Shown here one piece after another: positions 61,868 to 64,000 of a DNA stretch of 64,000 nucleotides. The notes below the pieces were generated by a model. It was not told the DNA's origin. It did not search any database and worked only from the letters and a program-made list of their open reading frames with translations. Source of the stretch: a candidate division WOR-3 bacterium (lineage in GTDB: Bacteria; Hydrothermota; 32-111); NCBI GenBank assembly GCA_039804105.1, contig JBDRZU010000001.1:448001-512000 (forward strand), written 5' to 3'. The position numbers and the translations under genes are program-made. How positions within the stretch are numbered: position 1 is the stretch's first letter; every line of letters begins with the position of its first letter.

Positions 61868-62254
61868 ATGGAAGAAAGAAAGAAAACCCTGTTGATAGTT
61901 GATGACGATCTATTTCTCGTTGATATAATGGCATTCACATTGAAACAAAACGGTTTTGATATCATAAAAGCACACAACGGACAGGAAGCGATAGATATTA
62001 TAAACAAGGAACATGTTGATCTCGTGTTAACAGATATAATGATGCCTGTAATGGATGGATTTGAACTCGCAGCGAATTTGAGGCAGAATGAAAACACCAA
62101 AAATATACCGATAATCTTTCTCACAGCAAAATCGAATGTCGAAGACAAAAATAAAGGTTTCAACATAGGGATTAACGATTATGTTGTTAAACCTTTCAAC
62201 TTAAAAGACCTTGTTTCAAGGATAAACAAAGCATTGAATCCTGAGCAAAAATGA
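61868..62254 (+). CDS. Single-domain response regulator
   Basis: IVDDD; TDIMMPVMDG; FLTA; KPF. Confidence 0.95.
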   Translation: MEERKKTLLIVDDDLFLVDIMAFTLKQNGFDIIKAHNGQEAIDIINKEHVDLVLTDIMMPVMDGFELAANLRQNENTKNIPIIFLTAKSNVEDKNKGFNIGINDYVVKPFNLKDLVSRINKALNPEQK

Positions 62255-63804
62255 TTTTTGAACAGGAAAATGATCCAAAAGCACTTCTTTCAAAGATTGA
62301 AAATCTTACTCTTGCAAGTCCTTTCGATTTAACATATATCCTTGCCGCTATAAATAAAATAACAAAAGCCCAGACATCGGGAATATTTCTAAATATTGAA
62401 AACAGATTGGTTTATATTGCAACATACGGTAAAAATGATAATGTTCTTCTTTACCAATCTTTACTTGAAGATGAATCCGTTGAAGGTTATATATTCAAAA
62501 ACAATGATGTTTTGATTCCAAAATCACTTGAATTTGAACATTTTAAACCAAACTCATCTTCGGCAATCTCAGTGATGCCAATAACTATCGTTGGAACTCC
62601 TCTTGTGTCAGGTAATAAAACTATAGGTGGAATGATATCTTTCAACAGAGAAAAGAATACACTTTTTACACAGGATGATTTAAAAGTTTTAAAATCTCTA
62701 TCTTTAAAAATTGGAGAGTTTTTAGATCAAAACAGAAACAGATTCCAGTTTTTTGAAAAGAAACTTTTTCTGATCAACAAAACTATCATCGAAAGTTTCC
62801 CGTTCCCATTCTTTTTAACAAGTACAACAGGAAAGATCGAAAACTTTTCAGAAAAAACAAAAAATATTTTAAAAAGATCTGACCTGCTGGGTAAGGATAT
62901 CTTCGAAGTTTTCAAAATAACAAAGAATACAGGTGAAGAGGTTGATCTAAAAGAGATCTTTGAAGAGGTTGTAACAAAAGCAACAGAAAAAATTTTAAAA
63001 AATGTCAGAATCAACAATAATTTCGACGAAATCTATAATCTCACAATAAAATACATAAATCCAGATAAAATGATCCATAATATACTTTTCTATTTTATAA
63101 ATACTGAAGATATAAACGAAGAGAAACAGAAAATAGTTACAAACCTTTCCCATGAACTCAGAACACCGATGACTGCAATTTTAGGATCGGTTCAAATACT
63201 ACTTGCAGATTTTGAAGGAACAGAACTTACTCCAACACAAAAAGAATTTTTAACAATCTTAAAAAATGAAACAGAAAGATTCTCTACGATATTCTCGACG
63301 ATACTTGATTACAAAGAATCTTCTGACCTTCTTGGATTGAAAGAGGAAGAAATAGATATATCAAAACTTCTTATAGAAATCGGGAATGTTTTTACAATGA
63401 AAATTTTCAAAAAGGATATACATTTTAAGTTAACAAATTTCGATTCAGAAATACTTGTTCGAGCTGATTCAAACGCTATAAAACATATTTTTCATCAACT
63501 GATAGATAACGCGATAAAATTTTCACCTGAAGGTGGAAAAGTTGAAATTGTTTACGAAGGAACACGACTTGTTGAAAACAAATGGAAAAAAATTATAAGT
63601 ATTGAAGATGAAGGTCCAGGAATACCAACAGAGATTAAATCAAAAATCTTTGAACCATTTCAAAGGGATGATGAAAAGGTTCATACAAAAATAGGAACAG
63701 GCCTTGGGCTTACAATAGTAAAAGAGATTCTTGATACTGTTGGTGGATACATCGAAATAAAAGATAGAGAACCAAAAGGAACAAAAGTAACAATTCTACT
63801 ATAA
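62251..63804 (+). CDS. GAF/PAS sensor histidine kinase
   Basis: SHELRTP; DNAIKF; DEGPGI; GTGLGL; N-terminal GAF (FTQDDL). Confidence 0.93.
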   Translation: MIFEQENDPKALLSKIENLTLASPFDLTYILAAINKITKAQTSGIFLNIENRLVYIATYGKNDNVLLYQSLLEDESVEGYIFKNNDVLIPKSLEFEHFKPNSSSAISVMPITIVGTPLVSGNKTIGGMISFNREKNTLFTQDDLKVLKSLSLKIGEFLDQNRNRFQFFEKKLFLINKTIIESFPFPFFLTSTTGKIENFSEKTKNILKRSDLLGKDIFEVFKITKNTGEEVDLKEIFEEVVTKATEKILKNVRINNNFDEIYNLTIKYINPDKMIHNILFYFINTEDINEEKQKIVTNLSHELRTPMTAILGSVQILLADFEGTELTPTQKEFLTILKNETERFSTIFSTILDYKESSDLLGLKEEEIDISKLLIEIGNVFTMKIFKKDIHFKLTNFDSEILVRADSNAIKHIFHQLIDNAIKFSPEGGKVEIVYEGTRLVENKWKKIISIEDEGPGIPTEIKSKIFEPFQRDDEKVHTKIGTGLGLTIVKEILDTVGGYIEIKDREPKGTKVTILL

Positions 63805-63813
63805 GGAGGTTTT

Positions 63814-64000
63814 ATGAAAATTTTATCCTATCTTCTAATCAATACCGAGGCAGGAAAAGCACTGATGGTTTTGAAAGAGTTAAAAAAATTGAAAGAAGTT
63901 GAAAGTGCACATGTTGTTACCGGTCTTCATGACATCATAGCACTTGTAAACGCTGATTCCACAAAACATCTTGCTGATGAGATAGTCAACAAAATTCAGA
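63814..64000 (+). CDS. Lrp/AsnC ligand-binding domain protein, partial (runs off the window end)
   Basis: Not in the track. AGGAGG SD, then MKILSYLLINTEAGK...AHVVTGLHDIIALV. Confidence 0.85.
   Translation, partial: MKILSYLLINTEAGKALMVLKELKKLKEVESAHVVTGLHDIIALVNADSTKHLADEIVNKIQ

Overview
AT-rich bacterial chromosome segment. Five proteins carry T9SS/Por-type C-terminal sorting domains, including a gingipain-like C25 protease, which suggests an FCB-related lineage such as candidate WOR-3/TA06 (inference only). Most of the window is housekeeping: ABC exporter pair, cobB, glnA, ugd, scpB, dprA, obgE, hemW, lepB, lepA, a two-component pair and three tRNAs. There are two accessory regions. (1) About 22.6-33.4 kb: a GTAG-type REP cluster, a 5'-truncated and doubly frameshifted secreted-protein gene, Kiwa, and a PLD-SNF2 helicase plus N6-adenine methyltransferase module next to tRNA-Ser. 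(2) About 45.9-54.2 kb: three large secreted proteins, one held out of frame by a C10 tract in its signal-peptide coding sequence. The most striking feature is an exact 29-bp motif, AAAAATGTCAAAAAGTCAAGCACCGTCCC, found three times in the same orientation. Each copy sits at the left edge of an accessory block, one at the breakpoint of a truncated gene, and no transposase or integrase is present in the window. This points to a possibly undescribed cassette-capture or shuffling system acting on defence genes and modular secreted proteins.
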